From an uncultured Planctomycetia bacterium (GTDB lineage Bacteria; Planctomycetota; GCA-002687715; CAYQRN01), in the NCBI GenBank assembly GCA_964419995.1, contig CAYQRN010000001.1, positions 1 to 57,358 on the forward strand: a stretch of 57,358 bases of DNA. The letters are read 5' to 3'. Position 1 is the first letter of the stretch. Each line of letters begins with the position of its first letter. Of this stretch, positions 19,201-26,999 are shown in pieces. The translations under genes and the position numbers were made by a program. Under the pieces are notes generated by a model. It was not told where the DNA came from. It did no database searches and saw only the letters and a list, made by a program, of their open reading frames with translations.

Positions 19201-19488
19201 CGGCAAACGGCGCTATGGGTCGGCCCCATAACGGCTTACGAACAATACTTTGAGCCCATTCCCGGCGGGGGCGAGGCTTTTGCGCCGCGGGCCGGGGCAA
19301 GGTACACTTTTCGTGTTCGTATCGACAATGCCGACAAGAGGTTGGATGTCGTCGAGACGACGGGAGGCCGGACGCTCGTCACCCGGCGCGGCGTTCCTCC
19401 CCTCGCGGCTTCGCCGCATCTGACGATCCGGTCGGCGACGGACTGCGAAGTCGCCGGCATCCGCGCCAGCGGACGGATCACCTGGTGA
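16291..19488 (+). CDS. Receptor-type Ser/Thr protein kinase with one TM segment and a roughly 730-aa extracytoplasmic region
   Basis: Hanks kinase motifs are GRGAMSVVYRA, AIKVL, HRDVKPANILID, DLGLA and GTPQYMAPE. The TM segment is VAAALALAGTAAAILFA, about 300 aa in. After it comes an Ala/Arg-rich helical region and then a beta-rich C-terminal roughly 250 aa. Confidence 0.85.
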   Translation: MNELPDPSLFPVLPGYEIEEEIGRGAMSVVYRARQTALDRPVAIKVLKGDGDRDVSRVLRLLREARTAGRLNHPGIVRGIDAGTAGGLCYFVMEYVEGRSLREILDTGGALEAREAARIARDIAAALAEVHRRGIVHRDVKPANILIDAGGRAKLLDLGLAKHTMDSTLTVAGQTVGTPQYMAPEQAMHPDRVDRRADIFSLGATLYHMVTGRSPFEAPSVGAVVTRLLYDDPAPASSLVRGLPPALDRILARALAKSPAERYRAASHLVLDLDAFLDGRPVAAGPGRTRRPRVAAALALAGTAAAILFATRPGDRGGGPVSAEGTASAPARGAGAPMSLEAALAVLRGTEAAADPEGPAGACTGVVRAALDAWAGAEEAGIRGLLEAGDVVAAAERCGEALAGSFTARFGAAPALFPEPLRAEAEEAFRSVENRAQAEVAKVETRMADALAAALASEVERLLAENRYIDRATAEARLGVVLTARPGPLRPPAESGTVLFFARSVEAVLTGNEDRFRRARAEAGRLAEGRRYEAAVRRLAREVGEAGAGRVLPHAVTDLADLTGRWREEGRSFAESRRRDLEDLVRSRHGELARREFEPLLGAVEDLASSIPDDGDERVWAGPVRDLALALAATLRGAAALPDRALRRLEAGRGAGGRVTVTLAGRAPASGRIAAIDRTAGTFLLEEDGRPGVRLRPSDLTPESLAALAEEASGPVDPRIIAWMHWGDDLDPARARAAAEALPGQPFRDFLLRLLSGAGDRPAAAAEGAAAVEVRAAHQVGHVRARFLRGDWSGVLSSARILMKGGEWSGTKAAVEAGPDLRRWSEESEFGLRVDALQATIGGRVSRAAESRTVNVVWTFEDPREAADFTLSAHVQGGPGRLVFRAARPPVLEHPDRFPSADVRLPLEAGPEPLSIDVDVRFAEGPGADPRFFSISVGPINVGFLGVLGRVDPRRRLHGLERDVRILTPLRQTALWVGPITAYEQYFEPIPGGGEAFAPRAGARYTFRVRIDNADKRLDVVETTGGRTLVTRRGVPPLAASPHLTIRSATDCEVAGIRASGRITW

Positions 19489-19489
19489 G

Positions 19490-19960
19490 GTGCACATGAC
19501 CACGACTGACTTGCCGCGCGTCACGAACAGCGGTCTCCGCCTCCGGATCGAAGGACTCGCGGGCGTATTCCGCGGCGCCTCGGTGGAGGTCGCCGTGGGC
19601 CAGCGCGTCACGGTGGGACGGTCCCGGGTCTGCGAGTTCTCCGCGGCGCGGACGCCCGAGTGCCAGCGCGTGGGACGGGAGACCCTCGAGGCCGATCCGG
19701 CCTACCGGCGGATCTCGCGGCGCCATTTCCGCGTCACGTTCCTGAACACCGAGATGGTGGACTTCGAGGATCTCAGCACCAACGGCACCTTCGTGGACGG
19801 GGGCCGGATCGACCGCCTCGTCATCAACGACCTCCGATCGCGCGCCACGGGGGTGGTCGTGAGCTTCGGCGACGGCGAGGAGCTGCGCGTGTCCTTCACC
19901 CGCGGCGGCGGAGATGCCGACGCTTCCTATCCGAAGACGATCCAGGAACAGCCGCGCTGA
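19490..19960 (+). CDS. Small FHA-domain protein
   Basis: Motifs are VGRSR, ISRRHFRV and DLSTNGTFVDGG. It starts 2-8 nt after the kinase stop (GTG at 19490 or ATG at 19496, preceded by GGTGAGG). Confidence 0.8.
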   Translation: MHMTTTDLPRVTNSGLRLRIEGLAGVFRGASVEVAVGQRVTVGRSRVCEFSAARTPECQRVGRETLEADPAYRRISRRHFRVTFLNTEMVDFEDLSTNGTFVDGGRIDRLVINDLRSRATGVVVSFGDGEELRVSFTRGGGDADASYPKTIQEQPR

Positions 19961-19997
19961 TCCCGTCCCGGCGCCATCCGCGCGGACGGCACCCCCT

Positions 19998-21143
19998 TCA
20001 GACGACGACGACGACGACGGTGATCATGGCGTTGATGATCACCGCGAGGATTCCGAGGACGAAGCCCGCGCCCTGTCGGCCCGTGTCCGCCGCCGTTCCG
20101 TTCGGGAGAACGAGCCGCCCCCGAGGGGCCGTTGCGATGGCGAGGGTCCCGAGGATGAGACCTGCTGCGGGCACGCAGGAGAAGAGGAGACCGAAGATGC
20201 CGAGCGTGACGCTGCCCGCCCCGCCGGCCGGCGACGGCACCATGACTCCGTGCGGGACCGGAACCCCCGCGCTCAAGCGCCCGGCGCGCGCCCCGGCCGG
20301 GGGATCGATCGCCACGGAGCCGTCCGGCCGGCGCCGGACAGTTCGGAATACGTCTCCCTGACGGCTGTCGAGGGCGCGAAGCGCCGCCTCGGCAGAGTCG
20401 AAACGGTTCTCGATCCGGGCGCAGAGTTGGCTGAAGAGCCGGTCCACGACCGGTGGCACGGAAGGAACGAGACGGCTCGGCGCGTCGCCGAACTCGGGTC
20501 GCACCCCGGTGACCATCTCGAAGAGCACGACGCCGGCGGCGTAGAGGTCGGTGCGCCGGTCCACGGCGCGGCCCTCGAGCTGCTCCCTCGGCATGTAGCC
20601 GAAGGTGCCCCCGACAGCGGGTTCTCCGTCGGTCGCTGTCGAGAGAAGGACGGAACCCGGGGGGCGGCTGGCCGCGCGTCCGAAGCCGAAATCGGAGAGC
20701 CTGGCGCGGCCCATCCGGTCGAGGAGGATGTTCTCGGGCTTGACGTCGAGGTGGAGGACGCCGCGGGCATGGGCCGCCGCGAGGGCCTCGAGAACGTCCC
20801 GGAGAATGGCCAGAGCGTCGCCGGCCGGGAGTCGTACCTCCCGGGAGAGCCGCGACCGCAGGCTCTCCCCGTCGACGTACTCCATGATGGCCCAGGGCGG
20901 GTCGCCGTCGAGGTCGAGTCCGATCATCCTCACGATGCGGGGATGATCGAGGAGGCTCAGGGCCCGGCCCTCCTCGAGCAGCGTGCGGGCGGCCTCTCCA
21001 TCGTGGGGGATCTTGATCGCCACGAGTCGATCCGGGATCTGCCGGTGGCGTCCGCGGAAGACCCGGGAGGAGCCGCCGTGGCCGATCTCCGCCTCGAGGA
21101 CGTACTCCGAAATGATCGTGCCCGGTCCGATGGTACGTTCCAT
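19998..21143 (-). CDS. Ser/Thr protein kinase with a C-terminal membrane anchor (DUF4190-like tail)
   Basis: Kinase motifs are GHGGSSRVFRG, AIKIP, HLDVKPENILLD, DFGFG and GTFGYMPRE. The C-terminal two-TM tail is GIFGLLFSCVPAAGLILG...GFVLGILAVIINAMITVVVVVV. Confidence 0.85.
   Translation of the reverse strand: MERTIGPGTIISEYVLEAEIGHGGSSRVFRGRHRQIPDRLVAIKIPHDGEAARTLLEEGRALSLLDHPRIVRMIGLDLDGDPPWAIMEYVDGESLRSRLSREVRLPAGDALAILRDVLEALAAAHARGVLHLDVKPENILLDRMGRARLSDFGFGRAASRPPGSVLLSTATDGEPAVGGTFGYMPREQLEGRAVDRRTDLYAAGVVLFEMVTGVRPEFGDAPSRLVPSVPPVVDRLFSQLCARIENRFDSAEAALRALDSRQGDVFRTVRRRPDGSVAIDPPAGARAGRLSAGVPVPHGVMVPSPAGGAGSVTLGIFGLLFSCVPAAGLILGTLAIATAPRGRLVLPNGTAADTGRQGAGFVLGILAVIINAMITVVVVVV
20001..20018. 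repeat. Perfect (GAC)6 trinucleotide repeat
   Basis: gacgacgacgacgacgac lies directly after the stop codon complement. It encodes the six-Val C-terminus of the kinase at 19998..21143. Confidence 0.9.
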
Positions 21144-21149
21144 GGGTCT

Positions 21150-22265
21150 CTATACGGTCCGGGGGGGGGCGGTTTCGGCCAGGGCCGACAGGGCTGCGCT
21201 CTCCACGGCTTCCACGCGGATTTCCTTCATGCAGGTGAGGAGCGTGCAGTCGCGCCGCCGGCATGGGCTGCACGGCACGAAGCGGGACAGGCCGCGCTCC
21301 GGGTGTCCGGGCGGGTAGTAGCAGCGGGCATCGTAAGGTCCGAACAGCAGGATCGCCGGGCGCCCGAGCACGGCGGCGATGTGGGCGGGGCCGGTGTCGC
21401 AGCCCACGATGAGGTCGCAGCGCGTGAGGAGGAAGGCGAGCTCGCGGATCGTGAAGGCGAGGGGAACCGGAACGCCGGCGCCGCCGAGACCCTCGAGGAC
21501 CCGCCCGACGAGCGTCTCCTCGCCCGGGCCTCCCGCCACGAGGATCCTGGCGCCGGCCCGCGCGAGCCGCCGGCCGAGCACTGCCCAGGATTCCGTGGGC
21601 CACCGCTTGTGCGGAGCCCAGGCGCTCGTGCCGGGGTAGAGGAGGACCCGGGGTCCCGGGCCGCTTCCCGGCCCCGCGAGGAAGGCCTCGGGGCGGGCCC
21701 GGTCGTCGTCCCGGAAGACGAGGGACGGCGGCCGGAAGGCGAAGGGGACGCCGAGGACCGAGACGACGAGGAGGTCCCGCTCCACACGGTGCAGGATCCG
21801 GTCGCCGACGGGAGCCCGGAGGTTCGTGAAGAGCCAGTTGGGCTCCCGGCACTCGGACGGCGGGAGACCGAGGCGGACGGGCGCCCGCGTGAACCACGTG
21901 CAAAGGCCGCTCTTCAGGTTCCCTTGGAAATCGATGGCGAGATCGAAGCCGTGGGCGGAGAGGCCCCGGAGGAAGCGCCCGAGGAGACGCACTCCCTTCA
22001 CGAAGCCGAATCGCCCGGCCAGGGCGCGCCGCCAGGCCTCGCGCGGGTACTCGAGGAGCGCGTCCACCGCGGGGTGCCCCTCGAGGAGCGGGCGGGCGCG
22101 GCCGTCCACGATCCAGGTGATCCGGGCGCGGGGGAACCGGACGCGGAGGGCCTCGACGGCCGGCAGGGCGAAGATGACGTCGCCGATGGCGCTGAGACGC
22201 ACGACGGCGATGTTGCGGAAGCGGTCGGCTGCGTCCGGGGGCGCCGGGTCAGGAGGCGGAGGCAT
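21150..22265 (-). CDS. Glycosyltransferase family 9 (heptosyltransferase, WaaC/WaaQ-like)
   Basis: Motifs are IAVVRLSAIGDVIFALPAVEALR and CDTGPAHIAAVLGRPAILLFGP. The ATG at 22265 overlaps the rbfA 3' end by 17 nt. The stop lies 6 nt before the downstream kinase ATG. Confidence 0.8.
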   Translation of the reverse strand: MPPPPDPAPPDAADRFRNIAVVRLSAIGDVIFALPAVEALRVRFPRARITWIVDGRARPLLEGHPAVDALLEYPREAWRRALAGRFGFVKGVRLLGRFLRGLSAHGFDLAIDFQGNLKSGLCTWFTRAPVRLGLPPSECREPNWLFTNLRAPVGDRILHRVERDLLVVSVLGVPFAFRPPSLVFRDDDRARPEAFLAGPGSGPGPRVLLYPGTSAWAPHKRWPTESWAVLGRRLARAGARILVAGGPGEETLVGRVLEGLGGAGVPVPLAFTIRELAFLLTRCDLIVGCDTGPAHIAAVLGRPAILLFGPYDARCYYPPGHPERGLSRFVPCSPCRRRDCTLLTCMKEIRVEAVESAALSALAETAPPRTV

Positions 22266-22665
22266 CCGGCGGCCCCGGCGGGAGTGGCGGCGCGGGCGGC
22301 GGACCGCCGCGGCGGGCCTCGTCTTCGGCCACGGCGCGGCGGATGATTTCCGCCACGCGGACGGAGCCTTCCACGGCCTCGTCGAACTCGAAGATGAGGC
22401 GGGGCGTGCGCCGTGTCCGCAGGATCCGGGCGACGGCTGCCTGGACGTAGCCCTGGGCGCTCTCGAGGGCGTGGGCCGTGCGGCTCTTCTCGGACCCGTC
22501 GCCGAGGACGGACCACCACACGCGACAGGTCGACAGGTCCGCTGCCAGCCGGACCTTCGTGATCGTCACGAGGCCGAGGCGCGGGTCGGAGACCTCGAAG
22601 GCGACGACCTCGCTCACGCGGTCCCGGATGACCCTCTCGAGTTTCTCGATCCGCACCGAGGCCAC
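22249..22665 (-). CDS. rbfA: Ribosome-binding factor A
   Basis: Motifs are RIEKLERVIRDRVSEVV, DPRLGLVTITKVRLAADLSTCRVWWSV and RTPRLIFEFD. It occupies the canonical position downstream of infB. Confidence 0.9.
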   Translation of the reverse strand: MASVRIEKLERVIRDRVSEVVAFEVSDPRLGLVTITKVRLAADLSTCRVWWSVLGDGSEKSRTAHALESAQGYVQAAVARILRTRRTPRLIFEFDEAVEGSVRVAEIIRRAVAEDEARRGGPPPAPPLPPGPPDASAS

Positions 22666-22666
22666 G

Positions 22667-22948
22667 TCAGAGGATCTCCGTCTGGCTGTCGAGGACGCTG
22701 ACGCCCGGCGACCGTTCCACGAAGTTCAGGATGCGGTCGCAGCAGCTTTCCACGAAGCGGTGATCGTTGGCCACCAGCGCGATGGCGACGATGGAGCGGT
22801 CCCAGAGGTCGTTGTCGCCCACCTCCGCCACGGACACGTTGAAGTGCCGGCGGATCCGGTCCTTCATGGACCGGAGGACCATGCGTTTCTCCTTGAGCGT
22901 CCGGGCGCCCTCGATGAGGAGCTCCGCCTGGATGACGCCGACGTACAT
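22667..22948 (-). CDS. DUF503 (YlxP-like) protein
   Basis: It is 93 aa, with MYVGVIQAELLIEGARTLKEKRMVLRSMKDRIRRHFNVSVAEV. It lies between infB and rbfA, as in many operons of this type. Confidence 0.8.
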   Translation of the reverse strand: MYVGVIQAELLIEGARTLKEKRMVLRSMKDRIRRHFNVSVAEVGDNDLWDRSIVAIALVANDHRFVESCCDRILNFVERSPGVSVLDSQTEIL

Positions 22949-22961
22949 GGGCGGCGCGGCG

Positions 22962-25619
22962 TCACTCGAGGGTCCGCTTCACCACCTCGATCTCGATGGC
23001 ATCGAACACGTCGCCGACCTTCACGTCGTCGAACCGCTCGAGCACGATGCCGCACTCGAGGCCCTCCTTGACCTCGCGAGCGTCGTCCTTGAACCGCTTG
23101 AGGCTCGCGATCTGGGTCTCCTGGATCACGATGCCATCGCGGATGATGCGGACGCGGCTCTGGCGCTTCACGATGCCGTCCGTGACGTAGCAGCCGGCAA
23201 TCGTCCCGATCCGGCTGATCTTGAACGTGTTCCGGACCTCGGCGTGGCCCGTGATGACCTCGCGCTCCTCGGGCTTGAGACGGCCCTCCATGGCGAGCTT
23301 GAGCTCGTCGATGAGCTTGTAGATGACCTGGTAGAGGCGGATCTCGACGCTCTTCTCCTGGGCCAGCGACCGGGCGGCCGACGTCGTCGAGACGTGGAAG
23401 CCGAGGATGACCGCGTTCGATGCGTCCGCGAGGGCCACGTCCGTCTCGTTCACGCCGCCCACCGCCGCGTGGATGATCTTCGGCTTGATCTCCGCGACGC
23501 CGAGCTCTCCGACGGCCTTGCGGAGCACCTCGAGGGAGCCCGTGACGTCGGCCTTGATGATGATGTTGAGCGTGGCGCCGCGGTGGTCCGCGAAGAGCCG
23601 CTCGAGGGAGACGTGGGCCTTGCGGGCGAGGGCCTGCTCGCGCTGGCGGCGCAGGCGCGCCGCGGCCACGTCCCGGGCCTTGGCCACGTCGGAGACGACG
23701 TAGAACTTGTCTCCGGCCTTGACGAGCTCGGGGAGCCCCGTGATGGAGACGGGCGTCGCGGGTCCGGCGGAGGGAAGCGCGCGGTTCGCGTCGTCCCGGA
23801 TGGCCTTGACCTTGCCGAAGCACGCGCCGCAGAGGAAGGGATCCCCGCGCCGGAGCGTACCGTCCGTGACGAGGATCCGGGCGACGTTGCCCTCCTCCTC
23901 GGTATGGCGCGCGTCGAGGACCGTGGCCACGGCGGACCGGGTCGGATCGGCCCGGAGCTCGAGGAGGTCGGATTCGAGGGCGAGGTACTCGACGAGCTGG
24001 TCGACACCCTGCCCCGTGACGGCGGAGACCTCGACGAAGACCGTCTTGCCGCCCCATTCCTCGGGCTGCAGGCCAAGCCCCGTGAGCTGCTGCTTCACCC
24101 GGAGCACGTTGGCCTCGGGCTTGTCGACCTTGTTGACGGCGACGACGATGGGCACCTCGGCCGCCTTGGCGTGGCTGATGGCCTCTTCCGTCTGGGGCAT
24201 GACCCCGTCATCGGCGGCGACGACCAGGACGACGACGTCGGTGATGTTGGCGCCGCGCGCCCGCATTTCCGTGAACGCCCGGTGGCCCGGCGTGTCGAGG
24301 AAGACGACGGACCGGCCGTCGCCGGCGACGGCGCGGTAGGCGCCGAGGTGCTGCGTGATGCCGCCGTGCTCCGAGGCGGCCACCTCCGTCTTGCGGATCC
24401 TGTCGAGCAGAGACGTCTTGCCGTGATCGACGTGGCCGAGGAAGGTCACGATGGGCGGCCGCGGGACGAGCTTCGCGGGATCGGACGGCGCCGGCATCTC
24501 GAGGTCGGAGAGCACCGTCTCCTCGACGTCCTCGCTCTCCTTCATCTCGATCTCGCGCTCGAGGCCGACGCCGATGAGCTCGACGGCCTCCTTCGGGACG
24601 GGCTTGTTGATGTCCGCGAAGACGCCGTTCTCCATGAGGAGCTTGATGATGACGTTGGCCTTCACGCCGAGGGCGGCGGAGAGGTCCTTCACGGAGATGG
24701 GCAGGCGGATCGAGATCTTCTTCGGACCCTCGAGATCGCCGATGGGGCGGTCCGGAGTCAGCTCCGGACGCGGCCCCTTGATGGCCATCTCGCGGTCCTT
24801 GCGGTGCGTCGGCGGGCCGCCGGGGCCCGGCGGACGGCCGCGGCCCTGTGTCGTCGGGCCGGGACGGGGCGTCGTGGTGCCCGTCGGAACGAAGATGCGC
24901 TTTCCGCCATCCACGCGGGAGAACACGATGCCGCTGCGACCGGGGCCGCCGCCCGCTGGCGGCGGTCCTCCGGGTCCCCTCGCAGGGGGGACGGGGCGGG
25001 GACGGGGCGGCGGCGGCGGCGGAATCTCCTTGCGGCCGAGGATGACGGCCGCTCTCCGCTCGCGGACCTCCCGTTCGCGGACCACGACGTGGCGCGCGGG
25101 AGACAGAGGCGTCTCGGTGAGGGAGGGATGGAGCGGTCGCACCGGCGGCGCCGTGGGAGCCGGGGGCTCCGCGGGGGCACGGGGCGCTTCGGGAATCGGA
25201 AGCGTCTCGCGCGCCACAGGCGCAGGAGCGGCTTCCGCGGCGGCCGGGAGAGGAACGGGGCGGACCTCGGGCACGTCCGCCGGCCGCACGACGGGCTCCG
25301 GCGGCGCGGGCGCCGCAGCCTCCATGGTGGCCTCGGCCACAGCGGGGGAGGACGTCTCGGCGAAGACGGAGTCGAGGAGGGAGGAAAGACCCTCCTCGAC
25401 AGGAGCCTCGGCGGCCACGGGCGCCGGTTCGGGCTCCGGCGCCGGTCGGGGTGGCGGGGCCACCTCGAGGAAGGCGCGGAGAATGGCCACGGCCGAGTCA
25501 TCGAGGGAACTCATGTGGTTCCGGACGTCGATGCCGTGGGCGAGGGCCTCCTGGATGACCTCGTTGGAATCCCGGCCAAGTTCCTTGGCCAGTTCGTAGA
25601 CCCGGACTTTCTTCTTCAT
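22962..25619 (-). CDS. infB: Translation initiation factor IF-2
   Basis: I trimmed listed ORF 22962..25787 to the ATG at 25619 (MKKKVRVYELAKELG). The N-terminal half is Pro/Ala-rich. The GTPase motifs are GHVDHGKTSLLD, DTPGH and NKVD. The C-terminal domains are typical of IF-2. Confidence 0.95.
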   Translation of the reverse strand: MKKKVRVYELAKELGRDSNEVIQEALAHGIDVRNHMSSLDDSAVAILRAFLEVAPPPRPAPEPEPAPVAAEAPVEEGLSSLLDSVFAETSSPAVAEATMEAAAPAPPEPVVRPADVPEVRPVPLPAAAEAAPAPVARETLPIPEAPRAPAEPPAPTAPPVRPLHPSLTETPLSPARHVVVREREVRERRAAVILGRKEIPPPPPPRPRPVPPARGPGGPPPAGGGPGRSGIVFSRVDGGKRIFVPTGTTTPRPGPTTQGRGRPPGPGGPPTHRKDREMAIKGPRPELTPDRPIGDLEGPKKISIRLPISVKDLSAALGVKANVIIKLLMENGVFADINKPVPKEAVELIGVGLEREIEMKESEDVEETVLSDLEMPAPSDPAKLVPRPPIVTFLGHVDHGKTSLLDRIRKTEVAASEHGGITQHLGAYRAVAGDGRSVVFLDTPGHRAFTEMRARGANITDVVVLVVAADDGVMPQTEEAISHAKAAEVPIVVAVNKVDKPEANVLRVKQQLTGLGLQPEEWGGKTVFVEVSAVTGQGVDQLVEYLALESDLLELRADPTRSAVATVLDARHTEEEGNVARILVTDGTLRRGDPFLCGACFGKVKAIRDDANRALPSAGPATPVSITGLPELVKAGDKFYVVSDVAKARDVAAARLRRQREQALARKAHVSLERLFADHRGATLNIIIKADVTGSLEVLRKAVGELGVAEIKPKIIHAAVGGVNETDVALADASNAVILGFHVSTTSAARSLAQEKSVEIRLYQVIYKLIDELKLAMEGRLKPEEREVITGHAEVRNTFKISRIGTIAGCYVTDGIVKRQSRVRIIRDGIVIQETQIASLKRFKDDAREVKEGLECGIVLERFDDVKVGDVFDAIEIEVVKRTLE

Positions 25620-25644
25620 GAACTCCCCGGCGCTCCTCCCGGCG

Positions 25645-26832
25645 TCAACGCTCTCCGCCGGGGGCGGCGTCGCCGCTCCCGGTCCCGTCACCCGGAATTC
25701 CGTCCTCGCCGGCTTTCGCGCCGGGCTCTGTTCCGGAAGCGTCCGCCTCGGCGGCGTCCGTGAGCTCGAGCTGCTCGCCGGCGGCATCGAGCACCTGGGT
25801 CGCGATCATCTCGGTCACGCCGCGTCCGGTCTCGAGTCCGGGGGCATCCACCAGATCCTCGGGATCGGCCCGGCCCACGGCCTGGATGCTCGAGTCGGAG
25901 GCCGAAACGATATTGATGTCCCACCCGGTGAGCTTGGCCGCGAGGCGCACGTTCTGCCCCCGCTTGCCGATGGCGAGCGAGAGCTCGTCGTCGCGGACGG
26001 AGACGTCGGCCTGGTTCGTCGAATCGGAGAGGGCGATCTGGACGATCTCGGCCGGCTTCAGTGCGTTCATGATGAGCGACTGGGGCTCTTCGCTCCAGCG
26101 GATGACGTCGATGCGCTCGCCGTTCAGTTCCTCGGTGATGTTGCGGATCCGCGCGCCGCGCACGCCGACGCAGGCACCGACGCAGTCGATGCGCGGATCG
26201 TTCGAGAACACGGCGACCTTCGTGCGGTATCCCGGTTCCCGCGCGAGCCGGCGGATCTCGATGATGCCGTCGGCTATCTCGGGCACCTCGAGCTCGAGGA
26301 GACGCCGGACGAGGTCGGGGTGGGTTCGCGAGAGGATGATGCGGACGTTGGGGCCGACCTTCCGGACGTCGTAGACGAGGGCCCGCACCCGGTCGCCGAC
26401 GTGGAGATTCTCCCCGCGCATGCGCTCGTGCCTCGGCAGGACGGCCTCGGTCTTCCCGATGTTCACGATGAGGGTCTCGCCCTCGAATCGCTGCACCGTG
26501 CCCGTGAGGAGCGTGCGCTTCCTGATCTCGAATTGCCGGAAGATGTTGTCCTGCTCCGCCTCGCGGATCTTCTGGAGGAAAACCTGCTTCGCTGTCTGGG
26601 CGGCGATGCGGCCGAGGGAGGCCGCGTCGCGCATCTCGATCCCGTTCTCGAAGGCCCGGATGCCCCCCGTGTTCCGGTCGATGCGGACGACGAGGTCGGT
26701 CTCCTCGGAACAGCGGCGGCGGGCCGCCGTGACCAGAGCGATCTCGAGGCTTTCGAAGAGGACATCCTTCGGAATGTCCTTCTCCTTGTGGAGCGTCTCC
26801 ACCATTCTCAGAAGCTCGGCTCCGTTCATCAT
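25645..26832 (-). CDS. nusA: Transcription termination/antitermination factor NusA
   Basis: I trimmed listed ORF 25645..27180 to the ATG-ATG pair at 26832/26829 (MMNGAELLRMVETLHKEKDIP). S1 and KH region motifs are GTVQRFEGETLIVNIG, SRTHPDLVRRLLELEVPEI, ACVGVRGARI and LAIGKRGQNVRLA. Confidence 0.9.
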   Translation of the reverse strand: MMNGAELLRMVETLHKEKDIPKDVLFESLEIALVTAARRRCSEETDLVVRIDRNTGGIRAFENGIEMRDAASLGRIAAQTAKQVFLQKIREAEQDNIFRQFEIRKRTLLTGTVQRFEGETLIVNIGKTEAVLPRHERMRGENLHVGDRVRALVYDVRKVGPNVRIILSRTHPDLVRRLLELEVPEIADGIIEIRRLAREPGYRTKVAVFSNDPRIDCVGACVGVRGARIRNITEELNGERIDVIRWSEEPQSLIMNALKPAEIVQIALSDSTNQADVSVRDDELSLAIGKRGQNVRLAAKLTGWDINIVSASDSSIQAVGRADPEDLVDAPGLETGRGVTEMIATQVLDAAGEQLELTDAAEADASGTEPGAKAGEDGIPGDGTGSGDAAPGGER

Positions 26833-26894
26833 CCCGAAAGCCCCGCACAGCGGAGGAAATCGACCGTTCCCGTCTCCGACGGCGCCCGCAGAAA

Positions 26895-26918
26895 CGAAAA
26901 AAGTGGGGAAACCCACTT
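26895..26918 (-). terminator. Intrinsic-terminator-like hairpin in the nusA leader
   Basis: The minus strand reads AAGTGGG-TTTC-CCCACTT followed by TTTT, giving a 7-bp stem and a 6-U run. It lies about 65 nt upstream of the nusA ATG and downstream of the candidate promoter at 26971-26999. Confidence 0.5.
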
Positions 26919-26970
26919 CCTCCGAACGCGAACGTTCCGTCGAGAGTGTCAGACCCGTCAGGGCGACTCC

Positions 26971-26999
26971 ACTGTACCCGCGCCGCGGCCGGGAATCAA
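26971..26999 (-). promoter_or_regulatory. Candidate sigma-70 promoter of the nusA-infB operon
   Basis: The minus strand reads TTGATT (26999-26994), a 17-nt spacer, then TACAGT (26976-26971). It lies in the 359-bp divergent intergenic region. Confidence 0.35.

Noticed and set aside
20001-20018. The (GAC)6 repeat as a slippage-prone variable locus.
   Set aside because: Six units is short. Changes would only add or remove Val residues in a hydrophobic C-terminal tail without shifting the frame. It is recorded as a repeat feature but is unlikely to be functionally interesting.
21161-21169. G/C homopolymer tracts as possible phase-variation switches. These are G9 at 21161-21169 (last codons of the GT9 gene, 18 nt from the kinase start), G9 at 29967-29975, C8 at 35673-35680 (immediately 5' of the protease ATG on the minus strand), C8 at 35802-35809 and G8 at 1692-1699.
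   Set aside because: Runs of 8-9 G/C are not surprising in sequence this GC-rich. The GT9 tract affects only the last six codons. None sits early in a surface-structure gene as in classical contingency loci. Such tracts are also common sites of short-read or assembly error. They would be worth re-checking only if read data show length heterogeneity.
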